Positions 24,721-37,953 of a DNA stretch of 64,000 bases are shown here, one piece after another (positions within the stretch are counted from its first letter, which is position 1; the number at the start of each line of letters is the position of its first letter). Below the pieces are notes generated by a model. It worked only from the letters and a program-made list of their open reading frames with translations. It had not been told where the DNA came from and did no database searches. The translations under genes were made by a program, and so were the position numbers. The stretch comes from Anolis carolinensis (lineage: Eukaryota), in assembly GCF_035594765.1 (NCBI RefSeq), contig NC_085842.1, forward strand, positions 301,739,749 to 301,803,748, given 5' to 3'.

Positions 24721-25333
24721 CCAAATCTTCTGATTGAGGTGACCATTTTCCTCCTTTCTGTGGTGCATCCAGTTCTAATTTTAGTTTTAAGATGCATTTT
24801 TTTACTTTTCATTTTCATCTTGTTATTACTTTATGCCGGATTTGTCTCTGTTCTGATTTATTTTGTTTGTTCTATTTTTTAAATTATACCTTGCTTTATT
24901 TTAAACCGTTCTGAGATTTTCTGTATGTAGTAATATAAAGACTTAAACAAACAATGCTGTTCACTGTCTCCTAAAACATTGTCACAATCTAATCCAGAGT
25001 AAAACCTCATTTTTTATTCCAATGGGTTTCAGAGTGCTCACTTAGTGTTGGAACACATCCACTGTTGTCATGCAGGAATAAAGAAGTGCATTGCAGCTGT
25101 ATAACTTCTCCAGACATAACTATGTCTGAATTAGTCACTCCACATGCTTTTTATAGATATTAGAAATGCCATTGTTTTGCTATTCACTATGGCTGCGAAT
25201 TACACAATTCCATCCTGTATGATACTTTCCCTTTCTGGGATGAAGCTCCAAAAGAGATAGTGATAAAATGTGCTCCTGCTTCAGAAATTACATGGCACTT
25301 GACCAGAAGTTACAGGTTTCCCACATCCCCATG

Positions 25334-25621
25334 TCCAAGCCTCTGGATTATCCAAGCCATTTTTGTAGTCTATGTTTTCAATATATCATGATATTTCGGT
25401 GCTAAATTCGTAAATACAGTCATTACAACATAACATTCCTGCGTATTGAACTACTTTTTCTGTCAAATTTGTTGTATAACATGATGTTTTGGTGCTTAAT
25501 TTGTAAAATAATAACCTAATTTGATGTTTAATAGGCTTTTCCTTAATCCCTCATTATCCAAGATATTCACTTATCCAAGCTTCTGCCGGCCCGTTTAGCT
25601 TGGATAAGTGAGACTCTACTG
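25334..25621. mobile_element. Tigger/pogo-like MITE, third copy, left TIR missing
   Basis: Aligns with 23388-23710; ends ttggataagtgagactctactg-ta. Confidence 0.88.
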
Positions 25622-27154
25622 TAACTTAATATAAATACAAGCAGATTCACATGTGCACATATGAGGTTCAGCACATAATGGAGGGATTTTTTTTAAAAAA
25701 AAGTTCCGCCAGATTTCTCTCTTTCCTCAATTGTTTGTTCAAGTTCTATTTAATATTATAAAGTGTAAAATTAACAGTTTCATTGAATTCTCATTGCTCT
25801 CCATTCATGCTTCCTTTAAATCAGCTGTGTGTTCGTTTCACAGCCCAATCAGCTGATCAGATGTTTGGGGCTTTTAAAATGCAGACATGTGCTGGAACAG
25901 TCTCCACAGGGAGGGAAGAAAGGAAATCACATTTTTTTTGCAAGTGCAGAAATATATAATGATGAAAACACGTGCATTTTCCAGTGGAATTGGGATAAAA
26001 GGGGACCTTTTTACCCTTTGTTTTTTGTCCATTGCAGCGAATTAGCACATATTTACTGCCAGTGTCATGTAGCCACTCTCCCCTCTTTAACTCAGAAAAT
26101 CCCATATTTTAGGTGCTGTGTAGATGGGCCCTGAGTATAATGGTGAAAGGTGAATGCATTGTCTATTTTGGAAGAACCTCAAAGAAGCACTGATCTTCTT
26201 TGCTCTCTATGTTTGGTGCCATTTCTAACCTTTTTGAATACTTGAGTAGAGGAATGCCTCTGTTGTCCTCTGGGGCAACCCTAGCACTTCCTCCTATAAA
26301 TGGAATTACACTGACCTTACCCATAATTCATATCAAAATCCATAATTTTGAACCCCAAGTTTCTTTTGATGTATGCATGAGGTCAATTTACACACAAAGA
26401 TATGGTATATTTATCAGCACTTTCAAGTTTTCCTTTGGTGCTCGGACTACACAAAAAAAAATCCCAATGTTACTGAATTTTGGTGGCAAACCACTAAAAG
26501 TCTTTCAGAAGAAATAGAAAATCTTCCTTTTAAAGCCTACATCTAGAATCAGCGGAAAACAAAATTTGGCAGTATGGATTAGCAGGCTGGTGGTAGAGAG
26601 CCTTAAAAGTGGTTCTCAGGACCAAGTTGCTTGCTCCGAGTACAGATAATACAGAGCTAGATGGATGGACCAAATGTCTAATTAAGGACAGTTTCATATG
26701 TTCCTAAGATAATGAAAGAAGGTAGGATAAAAACTTGGAATTCACGAGACAAGTAACTGCAAAAGTTGCATAATGATAAGCAGGTGCCAGGTCAGTATTT
26801 TGGAAATGTCTCTGCTGATACTGCGGCTTGATGTCATCTCAGATATTATTAGCCTTGAGCTGGGCAGTCAGATGGTTTATCCAGCTGTCTTTGTCCAGCA
26901 AACATCCTGAACCTAATGATCCAAACTTAATTTCTAAATGCATTCTCTGAATTTAGCTTTCACTCCTTTTAAACCCATCTGTTTTGCCTCACTAAAAGTT
27001 TTCTCAGCCATGACTATAAGAAAGAAACTTAAACACCACAGGCGAAACATATTTAGTTGACTGATTAATATTTTTGCTTAATGAGATGCATAACACATTA
27101 TAATGGAGCTAGATCTTTCATATGGGGATGTGGGAAACCTGTAACCGTCTAGAG

Positions 27155-27431
27155 GAGAACTTTCTCAACATTTCATTTTGGTGACATACCTTTTTAGACA
27201 TGCAGCATTTCATGACTCAGTATTTCAGTTTTACTAGCAGACCAGAGGTTAAACCAGGCCCTTATAAGACATATCGACACATACATAAATTGTAAGAATG
27301 AAACGTATGGGAACACAATGTCTCTCATGAAAAACTGTCATTTTATATTTTTTAAATATATGATTTATTGTTTATTTCACATAAAGGTTTCACCTACACA
27401 CTACAGTGGACACACAGTTTGGAAAACACTG
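27155..27431. mobile_element. hAT MITE (diverged)
   Basis: Right TIR agtttggaaaacactg, decayed left tttctcaac; imperfect TSD gtctagag/gtttagat. Confidence 0.55.
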
Positions 27432-27827
27432 GTTTAGATATTGTTCAGTGTAATTCCACTCGGCTCACTTGTAGTCTAACCATGATGGGAAGCCTACAAG
27501 TTGTCCTTCACTACCTTGGGAATAAAAAAAAAAACATTTCCTGATCAGCAGCTTTTCACATGATGGGTTGCAAGTTACTATACGCAAGGCAATGTGCAGT
27601 ATATTACTACATTTCACAGTTCAAATTGACATTCTACTTCCTGATTTAGTTGTGTGATAGCTTGATACTTTCAAAAAAAAATATGAGGGAAAGGTCACAG
27701 AGATGTCATGTCCTGATATCTGATGATAATTTCCTGCTTAACTTTTGATCAAGGTTTCTTTAGGAAAAGAATTCTGGATAAATTGTTGCTAATGTAAAAG
27801 TGGCAAAATTCAAATGTAATAATAGAT

Positions 27828-28144
27828 GGTAAAATCCCCATATCCATGGAAGATATGGACCGTAGTTATATGAAAAAACAGGTATGATCAAATGGCATTA
27901 AATTAGTTTACTTCTACTCCCAGAAAACCATTGAATTGTGTTGGAGGACCTAGAGATCCCTTGAGAGCTATCCTCTCTAGGAATTTGCTAGGTCCTCTAA
28001 AATAACGCTGTGGCAATTTACAGAGGAAGTATACCACAGAATTATCTGTAGGACATAGCAATTTCTATAGAGACATTTTTTTCCCTAGGCCCAAGTAAGT
28101 GAAACTGTGAATATGGGTTCTACAGTTATGGGAATCTTACTGTA
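27828..28144. mobile_element. Old Tigger-like MITE
   Basis: ggtaaaatccccatatcc / gttatgggaatcttactgta termini; internal gaggacctag/ctaggtcctc inverted pair; related sequence at ~9400-9610. Confidence 0.4.
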
Positions 28145-29443
28145 TTCACCCAACTATTTGCTGCTTAAATTTGCAAAGGCTCACCTGGTTCACCATCTGC
28201 TCTGATCTGCATATATCTTTGCAGAGCAGATGCAAGTAGTCTAAATTAAATATTTCATATCTCATTTCCCAGTGCCATTTCACATTCTATGGAAAAATCT
28301 CCACATGTGAGGTTTCTGTTTCAATTTCCAAACAGAAAAAAACCCTTACTTTATTTCTCTTTATTTTTGAACAATATATAAGTGGCTGTGTCGGATATTC
28401 ACTCAGTGCATATCTCTTCATCTTTTTGCCTCCAGTTGTGACCTAGAAGCTTTAGGGCACGAGACAGTAAGAGCTTTAAGGTAAAACATGCTGGTATTTC
28501 TGATCCCATCTTCTTACCTCTGGTGCCATCAGCCACTTGAATGTGCCCTCCGACAATGACTCTTAAATGCTGTTTGGCCCTCAAGCAAAAATAGCCCCCT
28601 ATTCTTGTTGTAGCACATAGTGGGAATGCAACCAGATAGAAGTTAAAACTATGTTCTTGACAAATGTGTTTGAAATTATGGGTTCCAATGATGTAGAAGG
28701 GTACTTGCCCAAGGACATTTTTCCAAGAACATTTTCATGTCTGGAGGACTTAGACCTGCTTGAGTTTACCATCACCTTTTAAAACTGCATATGAAAATAC
28801 ACCCATTTCATTTTTGTGGAATTATGTCATAATCCTACAAGCTTTCTTCCTCTGTTCAAGTTCTGAATCAGGTTGAAAACCTCCCCTGATTTCCTGCAAA
28901 GAAAAAAATACCATTCATACTTTTGTATGGACTTTTACATACATTTGCATTTTGTATCAATGTTTGTGCTTAGCGCACACACACACACTAACAAGCCATA
29001 CACATATATTTCTGTATAAACTGAAAATGAAAAAAGGAGAGAAAAACTTAGTTTCCTTCTAAAATTGGGAAGTCAAAAGTAAAAAGCAGACATTTATACA
29101 CAGATTCACTGCCCATAAATTGAATAAATCTTACTTAGCACACACTTCTTTCCCATCTCTATCTCTATCTGAATTCCAGGGGATTTTAACTTGTGCCTTC
29201 CTACAATCTTCATACTCCTCTTTTTAGAACATTTGGGTATGATGTTTTTCAGGTTTCCACAACGGCCCCAGGGCTGTTCTGTCACCAGCTCTTTATTGTA
29301 CGCTGCATCCCTTTCATCACACCCACCGGTTGTTCTTATCAGTGGATCAGGACATTTGATCTATGCCAACATACTATTGGCTTACTGTCACAGGCTGTCT
29401 CAGCCCTCCACTTTTTCTTCCTGAAGCTAATATTGATAGTTAC

Positions 29444-29653
29444 TAGGGGTGTGCAAAATGACAGAGAATTCTGTTCTTTTTCGTTCTGTTTTTGGGTAAC
29501 TTCTTCCCAAAACAGATACTGAACTCAGGGTTTCGAGTTATGAATCCAAATGGTCCCCCTCCTAATCTCCCAGAATCTTCCCAAAAACAGAACAGGGGAA
29601 CCCGAAATTCAAAATGAAAACAGAATGAAAACAAAACAGATTTGTACACTCCT
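29444..29653. mobile_element. hAT-like MITE with TAGGGGTGT termini
   Basis: taggggtgtgcaaa / tttgtacactccta; subterminal ttctgtttt / aaaacagaa repeats; no clear TSD. Confidence 0.55.
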
Positions 29654-30482
29654 AATTTCTGCTGATATCAGGAGGACAGCAAAAATAGCCTGGTTTTTAA
29701 TTTTTTCTGGGACCAATTTACTAAAATCTGGAACTCTTAAATAACATAGATGGCCTGATCATTGTCATTTGTGCCCCTATTTAATCTTTCAATCTCTATA
29801 TACCTTTTCCACCACCCTGTCTAAACCTATGTGGGTAAGGTTGCTCGATCTCAGACTTTCCTGTTTTCATGTGCCATCTTCAGGTGAGAGACAAAAAAAT
29901 GCAAATTCTCAATTTTTGTGGGGCTCAGATCTGGACAAAAACAAAGGAATTTGTGCAAATTATCAGCTTAGCTAGTGCAGCAGCCTCTCATTACAATGTA
30001 TAAGGATACCTTGATTTTTTTTTTTTGCTGCAACTTCCAAAAACTCTTGGTGGAGGAGAGGATGTATCTATGTATTTACTTACTTAGCTTCCTCCTTCTT
30101 TCCCAGTTGTGTTGGATGGATTTATCCTTCATTTTCTTCTCACTTTCTGGCAAGAAACAATAGGCTAGATTAAGTATCCACTCCACCAAACAAATGAGTA
30201 ACTATAGTATGATGACCTCGCCAAAGGCCAGCACTTGATCATAGGCTATGACTCGAGACCATAGGGCCTGGGATGATTCTGAACTGGCAGGTATTTCCAA
30301 TAGTGCACTAAAGTGGATCAGCTGTAAAGGATTATCCCAATTAATCCTCTGTCTTCCCACTTTTTTTTGGCTTTTCTTCTTCCTTAATGTTTTTTTCTAT
30401 CTTGACCACAATCTAATGTTGCTTGGCTTCACATGTCCAGTTTTTGGAGAGTATGGGGTTCAGATTGGATAAACATAGTCAA

Positions 30483-30718
30483 CGGGTTGTTGTGAGTCTT
30501 CCGGGCTGTATGGCCATGTTCTAGAAGCATTCTCTCCTGATGTTTTGCCCACATCTATGGCAGGCATCCTCAGAGGCTGAGACCCTTCAACCTCTGAGGA
30601 TGCCTGCCATAGATGTGGGTGAAACATCAGGAGATAATGCTTCAAGAACATGGCCATACAGCCTGGAAGACTCACAAGAACCCAGTGATTCTGGCCATGA
30701 AAGCCTTCGACAACACAT
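30483..30718. mobile_element. Penelope-like fold-back unit (inverted pseudo-LTR pair)
   Basis: Same sequence and architecture as 20936-21162 in opposite orientation; perfect 13-bp direct repeat taaacatagtcaa (30470-30482, 30719-30731). Confidence 0.88.
30591..30633 (+). ncRNA. Minimal type I hammerhead ribozyme motif (Penelope-associated)
   Basis: cct-CTGAGGA(30594-600)-t-gcctgc-catagat-gtgggt-GAAA(30621-24)-c-ATC-agg; stems I and II can pair; predicted cut after 30628. Confidence 0.65.
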
Positions 30719-31491
30719 TAAACATAGTCAAATTATATTTAACTTCCACCCCAGATGCTTCTCAATTAATTTTACTTGTAAATATTTAAGTTTTTAGAAG
30801 TTGTCTGGAGGTATTAGTCTTCCCATATGTAATATTTCCTGTAAACCTGATAGCAACACTGACTCATCCTGCATTACTTTTCTTCATATTGCTTCTTCAT
30901 AACACTTTCATAAATTTGCATAGCTTTCTCATTTCTCATCCATGCATGCCTTTTTTCAAGCCTACCTTACCCAGTTTCATAATCACTCCCTTCGCTGCTT
31001 TCTGCTCACTGTTCCTGTGTGTACAGCTTTAAAATTCCAGTTAACATTCTGAATAACAGTAACCTCCACTCATACTGGAGTTCTCGCATCTTATGTGAGG
31101 CTTTATCAAACTCATTTCTGTATGTTCTGTCTATGGATTGTCACACAAATTGCAGTGAGATGAGCACATCTACTGTCAGAAGCTATCACACAATGTCAAG
31201 AGCAACTAGCTACTAATTTGCCTTCCTCCCATGACTGTAGCACCTCTTTTAAATGATTGGTAAAACCCATTAATGCCTCCCAACCTTACTATCTTCCCAT
31301 TACTCACCTTACAGAGATAGGCATCTTCTGCTTCTGTTCTGATTTGCTAGCAGACATTTGGCATCAGGGAGCATGAGTCTTCTCCGCTCCCCCTCTTCCC
31401 ATGCTCACTATTCCCAAAGAGGTTGGTTTCCTTTTTTTCTATTTCATTTTATTTCTTCTTCTTCTTTGTATGTTTTGCAATTATGAAATTG

Positions 31492-31493
<2 letters not shown>

Positions 31494-31523
<30 letters not shown>
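31494..31523. repeat. (ca)n microsatellite
   Basis: Seen directly. Confidence 0.97.
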
Positions 31524-31527
<4 letters not shown>

Positions 31528-31924
31528 AGGTATGCTGGACTGATCCAGAGCAGTGCTGTTGTGTTAATACTGAAGATACAATACTGAATGCTCTAAAACT
31601 GGAATGTATCCGACCCCTTCCATTCAAATAGTTTGTCCTTACTTAACTTGGCAGTAGGAGAAGACTGAAAAGGGTAGAAACTTGTCCTTTCCAGTAGACT
31701 CAGTAAAAGCAAACTGTTGTAGCATGTGTGTTTTTCATCTTGACCACGTTTGCCATGTTGCTCACACTCTGATATTGCTTAGCCACATGTGTTCTGGTTT
31801 TCACTGGTGAAATGTTGGTAGGTATGTTTTTACCTGGAAGTAATTGCTGTATTGAGGAGATTTTGGATTCAGTTCATAATAAGCTAGAAAAATTGACTTT
31901 TAGAGGTGCATATAACAGACTTCA

Positions 31925-32253
31925 AGGGGCTCCTGATGGCACAGTGTGTTAAAGTGCTGAGCTGCTGAACTTGCGAACTAAAAGGTTCCAGGCTCAAATC
32001 CCGGGAGCGGAGTGAGCGCCCGCTGTTAGCCCCAGCTCCTGCCAACCTAGCAGTTCAAAAACATGCAAATGTGAGTAGATCAATAGGTACCGCTCCGGCA
32101 GGAAGGTAACGGTGCTCCATGCAGTCATGCTGGCCACATGACCTTGGAGGTGTCTATGGACAACGCTGGCTCTTCGGCTTAGAAATGGAGATGAGCACCA
32201 ACCCTCAGAGTCTGTCACGACTGGACTTAACGTCAGGGGAAACCTTTACCTGT
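31925..32253 (+). mobile_element. Full-length Sauria SINE
   Basis: tRNA-like head (tggcacagtgtgtt; ggctcaaatcc), core aacatgcaaatgtgagtagatcaataggtaccgct, accttt tail; TSD tataacagact(t/a)ca. Confidence 0.93.
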
Positions 32254-34066
32254 TATAACAGACTACAGTCTATAAAGATCATCCTTCAGAAAGATATTTG
32301 CTGCATGCATATAGTCTTGTACAAGTCTAGAAAGTCTAGGCAAAAATCAAAATCCAAACCCCATTGGTCAATGAAAGTATTGTACTCATAAAAAAGGAAA
32401 AAATCCATTCTCTGAGTATAGTGTTGAAAAGAGAAAGTTTAGTCCATCCTGGGAGAATATAAAAAAACCACCAAACCCCTCTTCTATGTATCTCCTTCAT
32501 GGCATTGCTTCTGGTGTTTTTGTATGACTAGGTAGGAAAATAGTGATGCTGGCAGCTAGCACCTTTCTCTCTCAATGAAATAACCCCTGACATATACATA
32601 TAAAAATCCATAATTTTGGCTCCAAAACCTGCTTTCGATTTATACATGAGGTCAACATATACATATGTACGGTATCTTTGAGGAATGAGATGTAGAAAAT
32701 ACACATAGCAAATACTTTTAAAACAGACAACTCTTTTGTAATTGGAATTGTTGTCATGAGCACACTTATTTCTGAGCAAAATACCTTGAACTCTGGCTCC
32801 TTAAATAATTTTTCCAATCAATAAGCTATACAGTATGGGATTTTAAGATATGTGAGGATGGTATTTTTAACCCTGCCATGAATCATACCCATATCTATAA
32901 CCATCTGGTATTTATCTTCTTAGAGAAATCTGAAATTCTTGCAAAACCCCCTTGGTGACATTGACTGTTAGGCTCATCCACCATGTTTGTGTGAATCAAG
33001 ATTTTAATTGTATTTGTCACCTTTCATTTATTTATGATTTAAGCAACTTAAGCAAACTAGCAAAACACCAAATTTCCTCTGAGATCTCCTGTAAGCATCT
33101 TTGTAGCAGTTACAGGAAATGCATTTGACCAACAAGGACAGCGTCATGTTCACCACACTGGTCTGCTCTCAGTTATTTGTTGGAACAACCTGTACACCTT
33201 GTGATAACTGTGAATGTTTGTATATTGATAACTTCCAAAGTATTGTGGTTAGAAAGCCTACGCAAAAACGTCATGCATACTGTTAAAGTTCTTTTACAGC
33301 CTTTAAGAGGAACTTTAAGTTTGCAAATTTAAAAATGGTATGTCCAGTTTGGAGCTTTCAGTGGTTAGTGTTAAAGACTGTGCTGAAATTATTGACATGA
33401 AATCATGCTTCACTGTACAACACTTCACTAATTTTCCTGCTTGTAGAAGACTTCAGAAGCTGCAGTTTAGAAAAGAAGGTGCCATTTATTAAGGCTTTAT
33501 TCCAAACTGATAAAAGAACTTCCAATTCGGGAGAGAGTCAATGGAGTCAATATTTGGGTTTTTTTGTGGGAGAAGCTTATGTGATCCATGGAGGATTCTG
33601 AAGACTGAAAATTGGTCCAGATCTCCTTAAATTGCCCACACATACTGGAATTTGTAGTTAGTGGGACACTGGCATTCTTTAGCATATTGGGCCAAAGGCC
33701 CAGTAAAACTATTCATCCCATGATTCAATGAGCTGTTTCTGAGATTATGAAGCATTGATTTAGCCATTAGTTTCCTGGTAATGAAATATATATTTATGGG
33801 CTGCAGATGCAATTTGCAGAACACTTTCTCGGGAGTTACATTGGATGCAGTGGGAGTTGTTTCCAAGGAAATATGTATCAAATTTTACTGCATGCCAGTA
33901 GTTTTCAAGCATACTGCTTCCAGACATTCCTTTCTACAGTAATTCCTATTATTGAAGAGGAACTTCTGCAAATTGATCACTAAATTCTGCAAAACGCAAA
34001 AGATTAGCAAATCTTTGGACATAATTGCTTACATTTACTGGTGAGGCCAGAAATAGGTTCTGAAGC

Positions 34067-34296
34067 CATTCACACTGCAGAAGTATAGTATTTTGACACC
34101 ACTTTAACTGCCCATGCTTCATTCTACAGAACCCTGAGATTTGTAATTTGTTGTGGCATCAGAGACTTCTGAAAGAGAATAACTATCTCACAGAAATAAA
34201 AAAAACAGATCTGTATAGCACTAAGCCTTGATAAAACCCAGAATCCCATAGCAGTTAATGTGGTATCAAAGTACTATAATTCTGCAGCCTGGGTGT
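34067..34296. mobile_element. Palindromic MITE (same family as 59-275)
   Basis: cacactgcagaa..tttgacaccactttaactgc / gcagttaatgtggtatcaaa..attctgcag. Confidence 0.65.
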
Positions 34297-34645
34297 AACT
34301 GTTTATTCCTGCTATTTCTATGGGCCATGCAGTTGAGTATATATGCTTGCAATTCTAAGCATTTCCTTCTCTAAGATGTAAACTATTGGGGGTTTTGAGT
34401 TGTGCAATTTTCTCTTCTCCTCATATATCTCCTCCTCCTGTTCCTAAAATTGTATGGCTAGTGAACTGTTGGTATCTTATGCATGTATAAATAGCTTTAC
34501 AGAATTGTTTTCCATCCTTGCATGGATTTTCTTTGGTAGCAATGAGGAATCTATTTATAGTGGCTTTTTATTATTGTCATATTCTTCTCCTATCCCAATT
34601 CCATATCTGTTTGCACCATTTCCCTCCCACTTAATACATGAAATT

Positions 34646-34646
34646 C

Positions 34647-34683
<37 letters not shown>

Positions 34684-34718
34684 CGCGCGCGCGCGCGTGT
34701 GCGCGTGTGCATGTGTGT
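34646..34718. repeat. Compound (ta)n(tg)n(cg)n microsatellite
   Basis: About 70 bp of uninterrupted purine/pyrimidine alternation. Confidence 0.95.
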
Positions 34719-35457
34719 CCCAAAAGAAAGCGCAGATTTACATTCCCAGCATATACATTTTACTGTGCAACTGAAGTGTATACAGGTTTACCAAATATAA
34801 TGCACTTGTAGCAATATATCTTTTCCCATATTTAACACTCACTTGTTACTTCTGGAACCTCTGCTTAACAATGTGAGGAACATTTTATTTTAGGCATAAA
34901 GTTGATGGCGGGGGGGGGGGGGGGCAGGTCTCCTGAAAAACCACAAACCAGATGCTTTTTCACTTTGAATCTACAATATTTTGGATGTAAGACTGAAACT
35001 AGCACAAGTCTGTGTTTTATTAGTCAAATATGACATTCTGGGTTTTTCCCCTGTTATTAAGATACAGAAGATTGTGCTTGTGAGACAGAAATGATGTCAC
35101 TACAACAAAATGCCAGGTAGAAATATAATTTGTGTTATCCAGCAACTCACATCAGGCAAGACATTTCTAAGAAAGCAGTCCCAATACAAATTGCTAACTG
35201 GAAACAGATGGCAGATTAAGCAGGCATCTAGTGGGAATTTCCCCCAAGTTTTCCCTGTATAACGTATTTCAGGAAGAATTGTGTTGGCCATTCAACAAAA
35301 TAAAACAAAACCCAATAATGCCTTTGTTGGCTATTCAAAATGCACAAAATACATTATGAAAGCTCTTGAAGCACCACTGGTTTCTTTATCATGCAAAATA
35401 TGTTTTTTTTAAATCATATAAGAAAATAAAAGAGATAACAGTGGAATCACAAACCTA

Positions 35458-36222
35458 CGAGGGTTGAATGAAAAGCAATGCCTCCACCTTCGTAACTCCT
35501 CAACTGATGGCAGTACTGGTATGCGGGAGGTACTGGCTTGCTCAGTAGACTCTCCTTTAGAGTTCCATCTGGCGGGAAGCTTTAGCATTGAACAGTTGTT
35601 AAAGTGTTGTTAAAGTACGAAGTATGGAACCCTGCACAGACTTAAGCAACGTGCTTTCATTGAATTCTTGACAGCAGAAGGTGTCACCCCAAAGGAGATT
35701 CATCAGAAAATGCAAGCTGTTTATTGTGATTGTGTTGATGTGAGTACTGTGCGTCGTAGGGTGAGTAAGTTTAAAGATCTTGAGGTAGGAACATCTGACT
35801 TGCGTGACAAACAAAGAGTTGGAGGTCCTGTGACAGCAACCACTGAGTTTCACAAGCAAAAGGTTGACAGATTAATTCAGGATGATCGTCGTACTCAGAG
35901 AGAAATTTCAAGCATAATCGGCATTTCACAAGAACATGTGAGTCACATTATTGCTTTGCTTGGCTATCAGAAGATCTATGCACGAGGAATACTGTGAGAC
36001 GCTGGTTGCGGAGACAGACTGTTAACTTCTTCCATGATGGCTTCAGAAAACTTGTTCATTGTTGGCAGAAATGTATCCAATTGTCTGGTGATTACGTGAA
36101 AAAATGAATAGCGGTAGTTAAGGATTACATTTTAAGGATTATTTCTGCAATTGATTTATTAAAATATTCCCATCCAAACCTAAGTGATGAAGGTGGAGGC
36201 ATTATTTTTCATTCAACACTCA
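35458..36222 (+). mobile_element. Internally deleted mariner transposon
   Basis: TIRs cgagggttgaatgaaaagcaatgcctccacctt / aaggtggaggcattatttttcattcaacactca; TA TSD; N-terminal HTH (EGVTPKEIHQKM..VY..CVDVSTVRR..KFK) joined to C-terminus (FFHDGFRKLVHCWQKCIQLSGDYVKK*). Confidence 0.93.
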
Positions 36223-37953
36223 TACATTTGTTTTAATCAGATATTGTTTATTCTGTTGTTCAGTTGCTTTGGGGGGATTTCAATGCAGACATGAGTCATT
36301 CCCCCCCCCTTTTTTTTTTTGCTAGATGAGAACTAAGACGAAGAACCATAAAATTTAAACTCCTCATGGGTGAATTCCTCATGGGATCAGGATGCCTCTG
36401 CCTGTTATGAAGCTGCAGGGCCCTTTCTTAAGCAAATAATACTGAGTTTCTAAGAAGTCTCTGTATTGACACACTGGGAAAAACATTTACATGATGTATA
36501 GGTAAAACTTGGTCAGTTATACTTCCAAAGAAAAACTTTTACCTTGGTTGGAGTTAGAAACTTTGAAAATTTAGGTCCCCCTCCATTAATTCCCTGGGTT
36601 TTTTTTAAGGATTCTCCTGTTGCAGTAAAAATCCAGTATCTTTAAATTTGAGAGATATATTCAGAGGTCTCTATGTTGCTCAGACAGCAAAATGATGCAA
36701 AACTCATAAAATAACAATACCTTTATTGATTAATCAAAATGCATGAAACATTTCATGAAAGCTTTTGAAGTTTTGCTAGGTTTTTCATCGGGCAAACAAT
36801 TTTAAAATCCTAAATAGGAGTTAACAAAGAACTGGGACTTAGATTTTTCAGGTTTCAACCTTCAGAAAAGGTAAAACGTTTTCTTTGGCATCATAATTGG
36901 CTGATTTTTGTCTATACAACACCTGAAAGATAGTCATTTGAGTTCATGGAAGAGGTGATACAAATGTGTGAGAACAGTGACTATGGAGTGAATCTTCAGC
37001 TACACTTTACCTCAAAGGAGGACTGAATCAGCCTCGTGTTGGTTGCATGATGTACAGACATGACTTGGCTTAATGTAGCCTTGATGTGAGGTTCTCTTCT
37101 TCCAGTTGTGCTGTGGGTTAAGTCTTCCCCATAAGAAAGCACCAAGACACATGCTGGGTAGATTCAAACAGGTGTATTGTGCAGAATACCAGAATCTTCT
37201 CTATAGCCCATTTCTATAGGGGCTCTCACATACCAGAGGGTAATTGAGGTTTTATGGCTGGCCAGTTTTATGGCTGGCATCTGTTCTTTGTCAGCTCTTG
37301 TTCTGTGTTCGGAGATGTCATGAGATGGGGGGATCATAACACTTGAACAGCATTAACAGATGGTGTGGGATGCTCCAGAGCTTCCCTAAACTTTGGAATA
37401 AACTGTGACATCTGACACATCTAATCAGCTGTGCCATTTCCTATTTGGGAAATGGCCACTGCTGTTTACACTGCCATCTCCCTTTCCGCAGGCTCAGGCA
37501 ACCTGGGAACAGGAGGTGGCACCTATCTTGCTCCTTCAATCTGATGTTTGCAGTGTCCAAATTGTGGTTTTCAAATATGGTTATGTTGCTGTCTATTTTC
37601 TAATTTCTGTAAACATTTCCACTGTGTCTTGCTATTTGCAGAACACAAAATAAACTATTTGGGTCTCATTTATCAACTTCAACATTTGCTTTAATGTCAT
37701 GCTTACATTTTCCAAATGACCCATTAAAAGCTGTTGTCATTGGTCTGGAAAATGCATGATAAAATTTCCTAGCAGATGCTGCTGTATTGACATGGAGAGG
37801 AGGAATTTCCCATGAAAGCCCAAGTGTTTGATTTTAAATGATATTTAAAATCAGCAGGACAAGCTTCAGTCCAAGGTAAAAGCTATTATGTTGGTTTTAT
37901 TTCAAAGGTCATGCCAATGCTGAAAAATCTGTATAGTACATTATCACAGAGAT

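Noticed and set aside
26335-26407. Similarity to 32605-32674, a possible right end of an old Tc2-like MITE
   Set aside because: Only one decayed end is visible in each copy; boundaries cannot be supported
33497-33881. Adjacent minus-strand ORFs as possible host exons
   Set aside because: No recognisable protein motif or convincing splice structure; cannot be excluded without alignment
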